Assembly: GCA_002104945.1 (NCBI GenBank) | Contig: MCFH01000031.1 | Coordinates: forward strand, 186,001-250,000 | Direction: 5' to 3' | DNA from: Piromyces finnis finn | Lineage: Eukaryota > Fungi > Neocallimastigomycota | DNA: 64,000 nucleotides | In this document: one piece after another, positions 40,354-54,718 of the stretch | How the letters are laid out: the number at the start of each line of letters is the position of its first letter | Position numbering within the stretch: position 1 is the stretch's first letter | The notes under the pieces: model-generated | Databases searched by the model: none | What the model saw: only the letters and a program-made list of their open reading frames with translations | What the model was told of the DNA's origin: nothing | Position numbers and translations under genes: made by a program

Positions 40354-42283
40354 ATGGAGGATCAAGTTGTTATTGATGAAGATAACTTTGTTGAAAACAT
40401 TGAAGAAGAAGAATATGAAGAGGTATTTATATTTTTGTAATTATATTCTTTATTAATAATATTATAAAAATCAAGTATACCAAAAATAAACATTTCTTTA
40501 TTTATTAATATTAAATATATTATACTTAACTATCTTTTATCTCTATAGATAACTTTTGTAGATATTGAAGAATTACAACAACAAGGAATAAGTGCAGCTG
40601 ATATTCAGAAATTAAAAACAGCTGGTATTTGTACTGTTAAGGTATATAAAACTATAAATTACTTTATTTTTATTATTAATAATTTCAATATTTAATATCA
40701 ATTTAAATATAACAGTCTGTTCTCTCCACTACCTGTAAAAATCTTCAAAAAATTAAAGGTTTGAGTGAAGCCAAAGTTGAAAAAATTAGAGATGCTTGTA
40801 ATAAAATTGTTCCCTCTGGTTTTATTACTGGAAAAGAAATGAGTATTAGAAGAGATATGGTACTAAAAATTACTACTGGAAGTAAAGAATTGGATAAACT
40901 TATTGGAGGTAAAATAATATCTAAATAAAACCATATTTATAAATAATAAATAATAATAAATGTTTAACATAATTTATTTTATTACTTTTTTTTTTCAAAA
41001 TAAAAGGTGGTGTTCAAACAATGTCAATAACTGAAGTATTTGGTATTTCTTCATTTTTTTATTTGTTTTTTAACAACTGTAAAATAAACAACCCTGTTAT
41101 TATAAATTTTTCATAAATATTAATATTATAAAAAAATATTTATATTATAGGTGAATTTAGAACAGGAAAAACCCAATTATCTCATACTTTATGTGTTACA
41201 TGTCAGTTACCAGTATCGATGGGTGGAGCTAATGGAAAAGTAGCTTTTATCGATACAGAAGGAACTTTTAGGTATATAATAATATATCAAATTTAATTTG
41301 TTAGAAATTAATATATACTTTTATAATAATAAATTTTAGACCAGAAAGAATTAAAGATATTGCTGAAAGATTTGGTGTAGATAAAGATCAAGCCCTGGAA
41401 AATATTTTAGTTGCTCGAGCTTTAACTAGCGAACACCAAATGGAATTAATTTATGAATTGGCTGCTCGTTTTGCCCAAGAAAAAGGAATCTTCAAATTAT
41501 TAGTAAATTTTAGTATTGTTTATTAATAATTAGAAAAATTTATACATCTTACTATTTTATAATAATACTGGTTTTTTTTATAGATTATCGATTCAATTAT
41601 TGCATTATTTAGAACAGATTATAATGGTCGTGGTGAATTATCTGAAAGACAACAAAAATTAGGTTTTATGTTATCTCGATTAACTAAAATTGCTGAAGAA
41701 TATAATGTGGCCGTTTGGATTACGAATCAAGTAAGACAAAAAACAAAAAACAAAAAATAAAAAACAAAAAAAAATATAAAAACATATACCTATAAAACTC
41801 AATTAATAATATTAATTTAACTAAATTCATATTTCTAAAAAAAGATGTGTTCAGATCCTTCTGCGGGTATTACCTTTGTTGCTGATCCTAAAAAGCCTGT
41901 TGGTGGTCATGTTTTAGCTCATGGTAAATATATATTTTTTTTTTATTACATTTAGATATATATATTTAAATCTAATTTCTACATTTATTTTCAATTTAAT
42001 TTTAATATTGACTCTCTTAAACAATTGAAAAATTTATTCAGCTTCAACTACTCGTCTTTCATTAAGGAAAGGTAGAGGTGAGTCTAGGATTGCTAAAATA
42101 TACGATTCACCCGATGTCCCTGAAGCTGAAGGTAAAATTATTAAAAAAAATAAAATAGCTATTTTACTTGACTTTTATAATTAAATGACAACTATATTAT
42201 TATTAATAATAATAAAATAAATATAATGTGAAAAAGCTGTTTATGCCATTTCTACAGGTGGAATTGTTGATTATAATGAATAA
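40354..42283 (+). CDS. DMC1: Meiotic recombinase DMC1, ~11 exons, reading frame appears intact
   Basis: [90 protein letters not shown]; TMSITEV and KVAFIDTE are DMC1-like rather than RAD51-like (TGSITE, KCLYIDTE). Confidence 0.93.
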
Positions 42284-44422
42284 ATGAATAATACATATCA
42301 TAGTAATACAAAATTTATAATTAATTTTAACCTATTTAATATTTAATATATTATCTATTATCTATTTAATATTTAATATTAAAAATTTTCAATTTATGTA
42401 ATTTTTTAAACATTTAATATAATTATTAATCATTAAAATTTATAAATAAATATGAAATAATATATTAGTATAAATATATCTAATTAAATTTACCATATTT
42501 ATACAACTAACGGTTCAAAACTAAAGTTGCCGTAATAAAATTCAATAAAAAAAAAAAAAAAAGCCTAGGTTTTAAAAATAATTGAGAATTAAAATATTTT
42601 ATAGTTTATATTAATTTAAGATAAGAATAATATATTTTAAAAGAAAAAGAATTCATATAATAATTTATTTTAATTGTATTACACTAGTTAAAAAAAAATA
42701 ACAAATTTTGTAAAATATTTTTTTTGTATAAATATTATAATAAACTTTTACATTCTTAATACACATCATATAATAGTAGAATTTTTAAATTTAAATATTT
42801 ATATTTTTTAGTTATTAAATTATTCTTCAATTCTCATTATAATCTCATCATTACAATATATTAATATATTAATAAAATAGTAATTTTGGGGATAAATGAA
42901 AAAATATTAAGATCTTCATCTATTTTGACAGCATCTTTTTCTTATTTCTTTCTATTTTATTTAATAATATATATAATAAAAATTTTTTCCAATATATAAA
43001 ATGTATTAAATATTTCGGAATTTGATAATTGACAGTCATAATATATAAATATAAAAAGTAAAAATTAAAAATTAGAATTTCCCCCCTTTTTTTTTTATAC
43101 ATAAGATATATTTATTTAATATTTTGGTATAATATGAATAATTTTTTGAACATACAATAACTTTTTTAATAAAATCAATTTAATTAACAATACTATAGAA
43201 TAATAGGTAAATTTTTATTAGTATTTCAATTGATTATCTCTTTACTATATAAATATTATTTCATCATTCATATTCTTTTTTTTTTTTTTCATTTTATTTA
43301 ATGTATTTTTTTTTATACTTTGTTTTGTGTAACATAATAAAATCGATCTATTCTTTTTTTTTTCAAGTATTAAAGTTTAAAGATAATAATAAAACATGGG
43401 GTTAAACAAAGATAAATTTATATTAAGAATGGTGATAATCTATTTCTTTGATATATTATTATATATAGTTAATATTAATATTCTTTAATTGATAAAAATT
43501 TCTTTAATTAAACAAAAAAATTTAGATGTATAGTTCATTAATTTTATATTAAATAAGATTTTTTAGTTAGGTATAAATAATATAAATTAATATATGTTTA
43601 GAGATTTTAATTCATTTGGTATACATATTATATTATATTGAATCGATAAAATAAATTCAATTACTATTTTAATTAGTAATTATATTATGTATTAATTATT
43701 TCTTATTAGAGTTTAAAAAATTAAATCTAATTGGGATTATTAGCAAATGAATTAAAAGCATGAATATAATTAATATATTGTATAATATATTATAATAAAT
43801 ATCAAATTTTAATTACTGTTTTAATAAAAAAAAAGGACTTTATAAATTTCATTATTAATATTAAACTTTTCATTTTTATTTAGTTTAAAAAAAACATATA
43901 TATGAACCAGGAAAAAAATGGGTTATTTATAATACTTTTTATTTCTTATACCATAATAAAAACAAATAAAAAATATGTCTATTATTTATTTTTTTTAAAT
44001 ATAAAACTTTAAAATATTAAGAATAATGGAAATTAAATCTTAATATTAGAATGGGATACTTTTTGTATATTTTCTTCAATGCGAATGTTTTTCTTTTTTT
44101 AAAAAAAAAAAAAGAATTGTTTGCTAGAATTTGTTTCTATTAAAATTAAATTCATAATAATAAAAAATAATATTAAAAAAATAATAACAAGTCAAAAGAT
44201 GGTTTTTATTATAATATTTTAATATTCTATTCTATTTAATAAATGCTTATATAAATAATTAATAATGGATAATATCTTTTTTAGCTATTATTCTCTAGAA
44301 TTAATTTAATTGAATATTTTTTATAATCACAAAGCATAAATTATAAATAAATGAATATATAAATAAATAATTTTATTAAATATTTATAGTTAAATTTTAA
44401 TTTGTTAATAATTAAACTTCTG

Positions 44423-44463
<41 letters not shown>

Positions 44464-45454
44464 TTTTGTTTTGTTTTTCAAAAAATATTTTTTGGTTACA
44501 AAAAAAATTTAATCCTTTTTTTATTTATTTATCAAACAGGTTTTTTTTTTAAAAATAATATATATAAAATATTTAATCTAAATTAATCTTATAACTCATT
44601 TTAATATTTTTTCTTCCAAATTTTAAAAAAAAATAAAACCAATATATTAAATAATAATCTATTATGTCTAAGGTCTTATAAAAGCAATAATAAAAAGAAA
44701 GAATTAAAAAATCAATTATCTTTTTTAAATAAAAAATATATTACTTTATTTTTAAAAATAATTCAATTCATTAAAATAATAAAAAATAAAGATTATTATT
44801 AATATATATAATACAATAAATGAAAAAGTATTTTGTAATCTATATTAAATAATAATTACTCCAAAAGAAGAAAAAAAGGAAAAGAAATTTATAAAAGTAT
44901 AAAATATATAATTCATTAATTATCATTGTTATACCAAGAAAAAATAATAAAAAGAAATTAAATACAATAAATACCTAACATATATATAAAGTTGTATATA
45001 ATTAAGATAATATATTATCAAATAAAAAAAATAACGGATTAATACATAATAATAATAGAAATCGATAAACGATAAATTCATGAATTATATTAATAAATTA
45101 TTATTTATTAGTACTTCATTTATCGACATTTTAATTTAAAATAAGAAAAAAAAAAAAAAAAAAAAAAGAAATACATCTAAAAAACGGCTTTCTTTTAGTG
45201 AAAATATGTTATAGAATTTCCAATATATATTAAACGGATTTAAATAAAAATAAAAAAATAATAAGAAATATATAATGTTTTAATAATTTAATAATCAAAG
45301 TAAAGTTTATTTTCGAACAAAGCAAATTTTTTAAACAAGTTTTAAATAATCTCATATCTTCAATAATACATAAAAATTAGAACGCAGTAAAATTTTTTTT
45401 TAAAAAAAATATATATATATTTCTTAATACTCTATAAATTTAATACAATAAAAT

Positions 45455-47603
45455 ATGAAATACAAATACAATAGAATAAAGAATATTTTATTGGGTGTAA
45501 TATTATTAGGAAATTTCAATGAAACCTTTCAATTGAGTGTAAATAATTACAAAAAAATAATAAATAACCATGATTATGCTATGGAATGTTTTCGTAATCC
45601 TTCAAGAGATACTTGTGCATCAGTAAAGAGCTACATGATAAATTTAAAGTACATATTTCATATTTCGTAATAATTATTTAATATCATTCTTTTTAAAAAA
45701 ATAAAAAAATATAAAAAAAACTACTTAAAAATAATCAATTAACGTATTATTATATTTATAAAATAGATCTGAAAAAGATGATATATTAAATACAGAGTAT
45801 GCATTAAATATTATTGAAGCAATACGAGCTGCCTCATGGAACATAAAAATACTGTAATTTTAATTTCATTAATAATATATTATATAAAATATAGAAAAAT
45901 GAAATTAATAAGATATATTTAATATATATGATTATACATTAATCTTAATATAGAGATTTTAGAAATGGAGAAATAAATTCTTCAATATACACTGCAAATC
46001 CACCTTCTGTTATTAAAGAAATGTAAAACTAAATAACAATTTTAAATTTTTAATAATAAATTTTTCTTCTTTAAACATTTAATTTAATTCTAATAATTTA
46101 ATCTATATTTTATTTCAATTTATAATTTTATAGTAAATTATCATATAATATACCATTAAAACAATCAATAGTGTCAATACCTGATAATTTTATAAGATAC
46201 TTAACCGCATGTCCATTTCAAAGCTTTGATGGGATTACAGTAAGTAATTGTTCGGCAAAATTAAATAGTTTATGTGGTTCAAATATAAATTGTAAAAATG
46301 GTATGTTAAATATTAAATTTATAAATAAATCAAAATAATATATAAATTTGGTAATTAATATACCTTTTTTAATAAAATAAAAATTATTAAATGTTTATAA
46401 ATAATATAATTAAAATGATAATAATAGTTCAATCAAACTCAAATAGTAATAATAATAGTAATACTAACAATAACAATAATAATAATAATGAAAAAGATAA
46501 TAATAACAATAACAATAATACCAATAATAATACTAATAATAATAACAATAATAATTCAAATCATATAACAAATGATCATTCAGCCAAACCTTCAAATAAA
46601 AATGATAAAAATAATAATAATGAATCAAAAGATAATCAATCAATGAATAATGATGAAATTAAATTAGATAATTCAATTACCAATAATGGAGATATAAATA
46701 ATAAAGTAAATAGTCATGAACCAGATATAGAAGATAATGAAAGTAATAAAAATAACACAAAGTCGCTAATAGAAACCTTTATGTTTGGATTATTAACATC
46801 AGTTGGTATTTTGGTTTTCCTATTAATATTTTTGTGTTTAGTGCAATCTTATTCTAATAAGAATATCATGAATTTGAAAAAAATATCAGAATATTATGAA
46901 AATAAGCCATTGGTAAATCATTCAGGTAAAACAAATTCATCGTCTATGAATGAAAATGCTTCAAATAATGGAACACAATCGACTCACTCCAATTATGCAT
47001 TTTCAAGTTCAAGTCAAGCGTCATATTCTAATCCAAAACATAAAAGATATTTATACGTTTTTGATGATGGTTCAGTAATGATGTCAAAGTCTCTTCATCA
47101 AAATAATCGAATAATACAAAGTAATGCATCTACTGTATCAAATAATCCAATAAATTCAAATCAAGTTAACCATACATCAGTAAACTTTAACCATAACTCA
47201 TTAAGTGGTAATTTATTGATTTTTTTTCCCTTCTTTATATTATTATTAGTAAATCATTAGCTATTCATTTTATATTCCTTTTATTAATCCATTTTTATTT
47301 GTTCATTAATATATATAATATTTAATAGTTAATAATCATGTTCAAACATTGCATCCAAGAAATTCTAATAATAATAATAATACTTTACCACATACTTCAA
47401 AACTATCAATATCAACTGCAATATCCACACCTAATTCAAACGCAACTCTCTCACCTATGATTGGTAGTCCTATAATAGAATCACCTGTAAAAGCTGCTAA
47501 TAGAAATACCATTTCAATACAGATACCTCCCCAAAGTCATGAAAATAATTTTCGACAAGAAAAACGTAAATCAGCTATTCCATTTACAACATTATCTCAA
47601 TGA
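45455..47603 (+). CDS. Single-pass membrane protein: N-terminal hydrophobic segment, Cys-containing and possibly LRR-like ectodomain, Asn-rich stalk, TM, Ser/Asn-rich tail
   Basis: Spliced exons give WNIKILDFRNGEINSSI, IKLSYNIPLKQSIVSIPDNF and CSAKLNSLCGSNINCKN; TM FMFGLLTSVGILVFLLIFLCLV. Confidence 0.65.
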
Positions 47604-48058
47604 ATAATAAATAGAATAAATATTTATAATTAACTATCGAATAATTTAATTTATATACTTTATAGCAACATAATAATAAATAAATAAATAAATAAAAAAT
47701 AATAAAGATAATAATTAAAAGTACAAAAAAAAAAAAAAAAGAAAAAAAGAAAAAATAGAAAATAGTTTAATTATATTACTTATTGGCATATATATATAAA
47801 AATTACATTGAATAAAAGTTAATCCTATTTATTATAGATTCTCGATTATTATTTAAATAATTGTAAAATGTTAATATTATATATAAATGGTATATAAAAA
47901 AAATTCTATTATATAAATATTTAATTTTATAACCATACTTTTAATAATTTGAATTTTTATTATTATTTGTTATACTATAATTCAATGAATGATAATAAAT
48001 AAATAAATATATCAAGGTATATAATAAACATAATAAACAAATATAAAAATATCCTTTT

Positions 48059-48409
<351 letters not shown>

Positions 48410-48716
48410 ACTTTATTTAGTATTAAATAAGTCAAAATTTAATATGAACAATATATATGATATATAGAGTAACAATGAAGAATTTAAAAAAAATTTTTAT
48501 CATTTTATTATTTTTTTATTATTTTATTTTATTTTTATTTATTTTTTTTTTTTTTTTTATTTTTTATTTTTTATTTTTTATTCATATTTTCTCTTTAGAA
48601 AAAAATATATATATTACGATTATATGCCTATGTATAATTGCATTTGATATCATTTAATATTCTAATGTTGTTTTACTTTTATATTTGCTTGTTTTTATTT
48701 TTGTTTTATTTTCTTC

Positions 48717-49195
48717 TTAATTACCACCACCAGTGAATAATAAAATAAGAACTACAGGTAAGATGTACATCCAATATTTAGAAAAGAATCCTTGTTCTTT
48801 CATTTGCTTTTTTGCTTGTTCTCTTTTAAAGAATTTTAATGAAGTAAGATGTGGTCTTTTTTTTTAAAATATTTTTTATTGATATGTATGAAAAAATAAA
48901 AATAAAATAAAAAAAAAAGATAAAAATAAATAAAGTGTATAAAATTACATATAAAAGTAAGCACTTTAATAATAATGTAAAAACATATATAATTATAATT
49001 TACCTTTGTCCTTGTTCTGGCTTTAATACTCTAACAGATGTCTTAAATGCATCACCAGCAGGAATATCATCCTATAATAAAATAAAATAAATATTTAAAA
49101 CATAAAATAATATAAATTAGGATGATGTCAATTATATTGAAGGTTTTCCATATTGTATTAGATATTCTTGTCATATTATTATTTATTATTTATTG

Positions 49196-49261
<66 letters not shown>

Positions 49262-49307
49262 TATTATTATTTATTATTTATTATTTATTATTTATTATTT
49301 ATTATTA

Positions 49308-49400
<93 letters not shown>

Positions 49401-50400
49401 GTTGTTGTTGTTGTTGTTGTTGTTTTGCTTATTTTCATTTAAATTACCTTAATTTCTTCTGAGCATTTTGTATTTTCAGTGAAATAATCAGCAAATAAAA
49501 CTTTACCTAATGTATAACATCAATATTCATATTATTAAAATATGTATATTATATATTATTAATATTAGTATTTAACACCTACCATCTCCGTTTGTGTGTA
49601 AAACAATTTCATCTTTAAATTCTGGATTAGATAAGAAACACTTTATATATTGTCATATAGATTGAGGGGAAATATTTGTTTTGTTTTGTTTTTGAATAAT
49701 AGTAGAAATATAATTATGAATTTTAATTAATAAAATCTTAGAATTTCAATATAAATTTAAATCAAATTTAGTATTTATTAATATTTTTTTATTTATAAAT
49801 AAAAATATCCAGGTATCTGCTTACAGCATTGGTGTAGGATGAAGATAATACATTTCCTTTAAGGTCACGGATTTCAATTAAATATAAATCATTTTTATTG
49901 ATTTTAGCTTTAATTCCAGAATCTTTAATACCAACATAATTTCCAGTTTGAGATTTATCACTCTTTAAAGTAATATCACCACGTTTTACAAAATCTTTTT
50001 GAGAAGATAATTTATGCATAACTTGATAAGTAATGGCTGCTTCATCCTAAATTAATAATAATTTTTTTAAAAAAATTAATTTTACATCTTTTTATTATGT
50101 TCTTTAATAATATAAATTTTCTATAATTGCTTCACTAATAATTAATTATTATATATATCATATGTCATATATATATATAAAATTGCAATATTTAAGTCTA
50201 ATATTATTTTATATCATTTTAAAAATCATTTTAAAATCCTCAATATTTTTTATCATCAATTTTATATAAATTTAAAGTATTACTTTTGTTTGTTATTTTA
50301 ATTATTTTAATATTGCTTTTACTTTAATTTAATCTACATTAATGATTATTTTTTTACTTGTTTATTTATTTTATTCTATTTTATTTACTTTTTATTGTTA

Positions 50401-50463
<63 letters not shown>

Positions 50464-50576
50464 CAGTATTATTATAAAATATTATAACATTAATATTTAA
50501 TAATTACATCTTCTTGACAAAAAGCAATAGTTGCCATAATTAATACTACAAAAATGGATAATAAATTAAATTTCAT
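48717..50576 (-). CDS. EMC10: ER membrane protein complex subunit 10-like, multi-exon
   Basis: Signal peptide MKFNLLSIFVVLIMATIAFC; FVKRGDI; DEIVLHT; C-terminal EQGFFSKYWMYILPVVLILLFTGGGN* matches the EMC10 FFxKYWMYIxP motif. Confidence 0.85.
49198..49425. repeat. Compound intronic microsatellite: (ATT)n, degenerate ATTT(ATT) block, (ATT)n, (GTT)n
   Basis: Seen directly within an EMC10 intron. Confidence 0.95.
50405..50461. repeat. (ATT)n microsatellite in EMC10 intron 1
   Basis: Seen directly. Confidence 0.9.
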
Positions 50577-51897
50577 TTTCGTTTTATTTCACTTTCTAAA
50601 TAATTCTTCTGGTGCTTTTTTTTAAAAAAAAAAAAAATGTTATGTTTATAATTATTTTTATTATTATTAAAATATTTTATATTTTTTATAAATATAAAAT
50701 ATTGTTTTCTATAGTTTTCTTTTATTTATGTATATATATGTATATATATCTATTTTCCCTTGTTAAATTTTCTATTTCTTTTTAATTTTGTTTTATAAAG
50801 GAGAAAAAAAAAGTATTTATTTTTTTTTCTTTATTTGATATTTTTAAACGTTCAAATTAATATTAAATTTTTTTTTTTTAAATTATTATTGTAAATTTTT
50901 TTCTACTTTCTTCTTTAGTTAAAATAAAAATAAATAAATAAATGTTTATTTAAATAAATATTATTTATAATTAAATGAATATAATCACTAATTAAATAAA
51001 TTTCATACCATTTATTTATTTATGGTATATATTTAATTTATTATTTTTTATAATCATCCATTTATTTTTTATAAACTTGTGATACAAAAAACTCAATACA
51101 TTTTAATACATTGTAATATTCATTTTTATTTATGTATTTTCAATATTATATTTAAACAAAAAAAATTGGTTTTTTTATAATAAAAAAACAATTTTGACAA
51201 ATTAATTTGTAATTAAATTATATAGTTGAGTTAAACATTTAATTACAAATTATATAAGTAAAGGTAGTTAATTTAAATGTTTTTTATTTTTTCTTTCTTT
51301 TCTGAAAAAAAACAAAATAATTTCAAAAAGTAGTATTTTATATATTTTATAGAAAGTCTTCAAATTTTCAAACATTTCTATAATTTATTTATACCTCTTT
51401 TCAATCGATGTTTTCAAAACATTATATTTCATTAGCAATAATAATTAATGAAGAATTAATAATTAATGAATTTCAGGAATATTAATAAATTAAAATGAAA
51501 TATACTATATAATAATGTTGAATCACTTGAGATTAGAAAAAAGTAAATGATTTTCAATTAGAAATTCAATTTTAATATCAATTTATAATACATCTGTCCA
51601 TTTATTAAAAAGTAATAAAAGTAGCATTGCAATACAAATAATAATAAAATTTATGAGAATTTAACTACGGAAATTTAAAAACACAGAATTTAATTAAAAG
51701 AGAAATTTAAATAAAAATCCTAAAAATCATAATATTCAATAAATCTATTAAAATAACAAATAATTCCTTTAATCATTACTAATATTTTCTAATATTTTAA
51801 AAACTATATTAAATATTAATAATTGGGTATTTATATGTATATGTATATACTATCTTTTTTTCAAAATTTATATGAATTATATAAATAATCAATAAAG

Positions 51898-53295
51898 ATG
51901 AAAGATTCATTACCACCAAATTTATTATCATTATTCGCAGCACGTCCACCATTAAATTTTTTACCACCAGTTGATCGTGATTTTTCAAGAAGAACTGGAC
52001 CTGTTATTTCAGGAGTTGCTCAATTTTTAGATAGATGCAAAGATCATGATGTTGATTATAAACCATCAATTTCAATTGAGGAGTTAAAGCAAAAAAAGGT
52101 AAAAAATTAGTTTATAAGAAATATAATATTAATCTTTATAATAAATATTAAGATATTTGATAAATATGATTATTATATATTATTATTTTATAATTATAAA
52201 ATATATAATTTAATTAAATTTGAAATTCTTTTTATGTATATTTTTAAAATCAATTATAGTTAGCAGAAAAAAGATTAAAAGTTGAAGAACATTTAGCAAA
52301 AGAGTTAGAAAAATGGTCACCATCAACAAATGAAAAAATAAAATCGGACCCATTTAAGACTTTATTTGTTGCTAGAATTGTAAATTTCTTTTAATTGTAT
52401 ATATAAAAAAAAGAAAAGAAAAAAAAAAGAAAAAAGAATATTAATATATATTAATATATAAATTATATATAAATTTGTTTGAAATCTTTTTTTTATAATA
52501 AAAGAATTATGAAACTTCAGAAAAACAATTAAAAAGACATTTCGAAATTTATGGTCAAATTAAATCAGTAAGTATATATAATTATAATTTATAATAATAA
52601 GATGTTTAAGATTATATATTTAAGTATTTTTTATATTTTACAAAATAAAATCTTAATAATATTCGCATACCAAAATATTATAGATACAAATGGTATATGA
52701 TTCAAATGGAAAACCAAGAGGTTATGCATTTATTGAATATGAAAGAGAGAAAGATTTAAAGGCAGCATATAAAGATGCTGATGGTATGAAAATTGATTTA
52801 AGACGTGTTTTAGTTGATGTAGAAAGAGGAAGAACTGTAAAGGGTTGGAAACCCCGTAGACTTGGTGGAGGTCTTGGTAACACAAGATTAGGTGGACCAG
52901 AAGTTAATCAAAAGTATAGTGGAAGAGTTTCTAGTTCAGATCACAGTGATAGCCATCATGACCGAGACAGAAGGGATAGGGACAGAGACAGAGACAGAGA
53001 TAGGGATAGAGATAGATACAGGAGAAGTAGTAGAGATAGAGACAGAGACAGAGAATCAAGACGTGACAGAGATCGTGATCGTGATCGTCGCGACCGTGAC
53101 AGATATAGAGATAGAGATTACAGAAGAAGTAGAAGCCCACGCAGAGATAGAGATCGGTATGTTGAATATAAAATAATTTTTTAATAAATAATTTTTTATA
53201 TATTAACTTTTAATTTTTTCTTTTTACCTTTTACCCAATAACAATTTTTAACTCTTTTTTTTAATTTTAATCTAAATAATTAAAGTCGTAGATAA
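51898..53295 (+). CDS. SNRNP70: U1 snRNP 70 kDa protein, multi-exon
   Basis: [67 protein letters not shown] tail; last junction CG|TCGTAGATAA. Confidence 0.96.
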
Positions 53296-53318
53296 ATCTA
53301 TTTCTCTAAAATATCGAG

Positions 53319-53359
<41 letters not shown>

Positions 53360-54175
53360 ATATATTTCTTCAAATATATTAATTATTAATTATCCTATAA
53401 TTATTTTTTATATTTTATTTATAATTAAATGTAATGTAAAGTTTATATATTATTTTTAGCAAATCCTTTTTTTTTTTTTACTATTGAAAATATTCTTTCT
53501 TTTTTACTTTTAATTTTCATTTATTTTTTTTTTTTTTTAATATTAAATTAAATTCGAATCTTAAATATACTTAAATAATATTTTTAAAACATTAAAGATT
53601 TTTATTTTTAATAAATCCAAATTATATTCTAAAAAATAAATTATTTAAATATGGTGATTAATAAAGATTTTTTTTTTTTTTTCTTTAAAATGATCTTATT
53701 TCTTTTTACTTTTCCGTTGTTACTGTTGTTAAATTAATAATAATTAATAAATTATATTATTAAATGCACATCTAATTATTCCATATGATATAAAAAATTA
53801 ATAGTAGTTATTTATAATAAAACTATGAGAAGCAAGGAAATGACTGAAATATAATAATAATAAACATAATAATATTGTATTTTTCCAAATTAATACCCAA
53901 ATTTACTTTAGAGAAAAAATTATAAAAATTATATGTAATTGAAATAATATAATTTATTATCATTGAATAGTTAATAATATATAATATGTTATAAAAAAAA
54001 TGGATTAAATATAAAGTTTATTTTATACTCCTTTTTTTTTTTTTCATCTTCATAAAAAATAAAAATCTTTTATAAATCTTTTGGTAAATTAAACTACTAT
54101 TAACTTCTAACTAAAAATAGCTAATTTTATTATATAATAAAAAAAAAATTTATATTTTGTTAGTTTTATTAGCAT

Positions 54176-54176
<1 letters not shown>

Positions 54177-54230
<54 letters not shown>
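54177..54230. repeat. (AAT)n microsatellite
   Basis: Seen directly. Confidence 0.9.
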
Positions 54231-54233
<3 letters not shown>

Positions 54234-54718
54234 GAGAAAAGAAGAAAAAGTTATTACATATAAAAAAAAAAAAAAAGAAATATTAATTATTTTATTAATA
54301 CTATCAATGATATATAATTACAATTAATTATTATTCATTATAAAAATAATAATATAAAACTTTATTATTATATATCATTTCAAATATTTTTTTTAAAAAT
54401 ATATACTATAATTGAATAATTACTATAATAAAATACAATAATAAAATACATATTTATTAAATAAAATAATCCTCTTATAAAGTTGTACTTTCAATAATAA
54501 TAATAATACATAAATAAATAAACAAATAAACAACTATTATTTATATAAACTAAAATACAATAATAGATTACATTTAAACAATTAAAAAAAAAAAAAAAAA
54601 AAAACATTTTCTATAAAAAATATTAAAAAAAATAATGACGAAATATTTTTAATATTAAAAATTTATTTTTTAAATAAAATTTTGAAGTTAATAATAGTAA
54701 CTAAATAAAAAAGCGAAA

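Noticed and set aside
49122-49462. Hydrophobic homopolymer ORFs
   Set aside because: Intronic microsatellite antisense to EMC10
52892-53176. ETETEI-type and antisense LCLCL ORFs
   Set aside because: Off-frame reads of the U1-70K RD repeat
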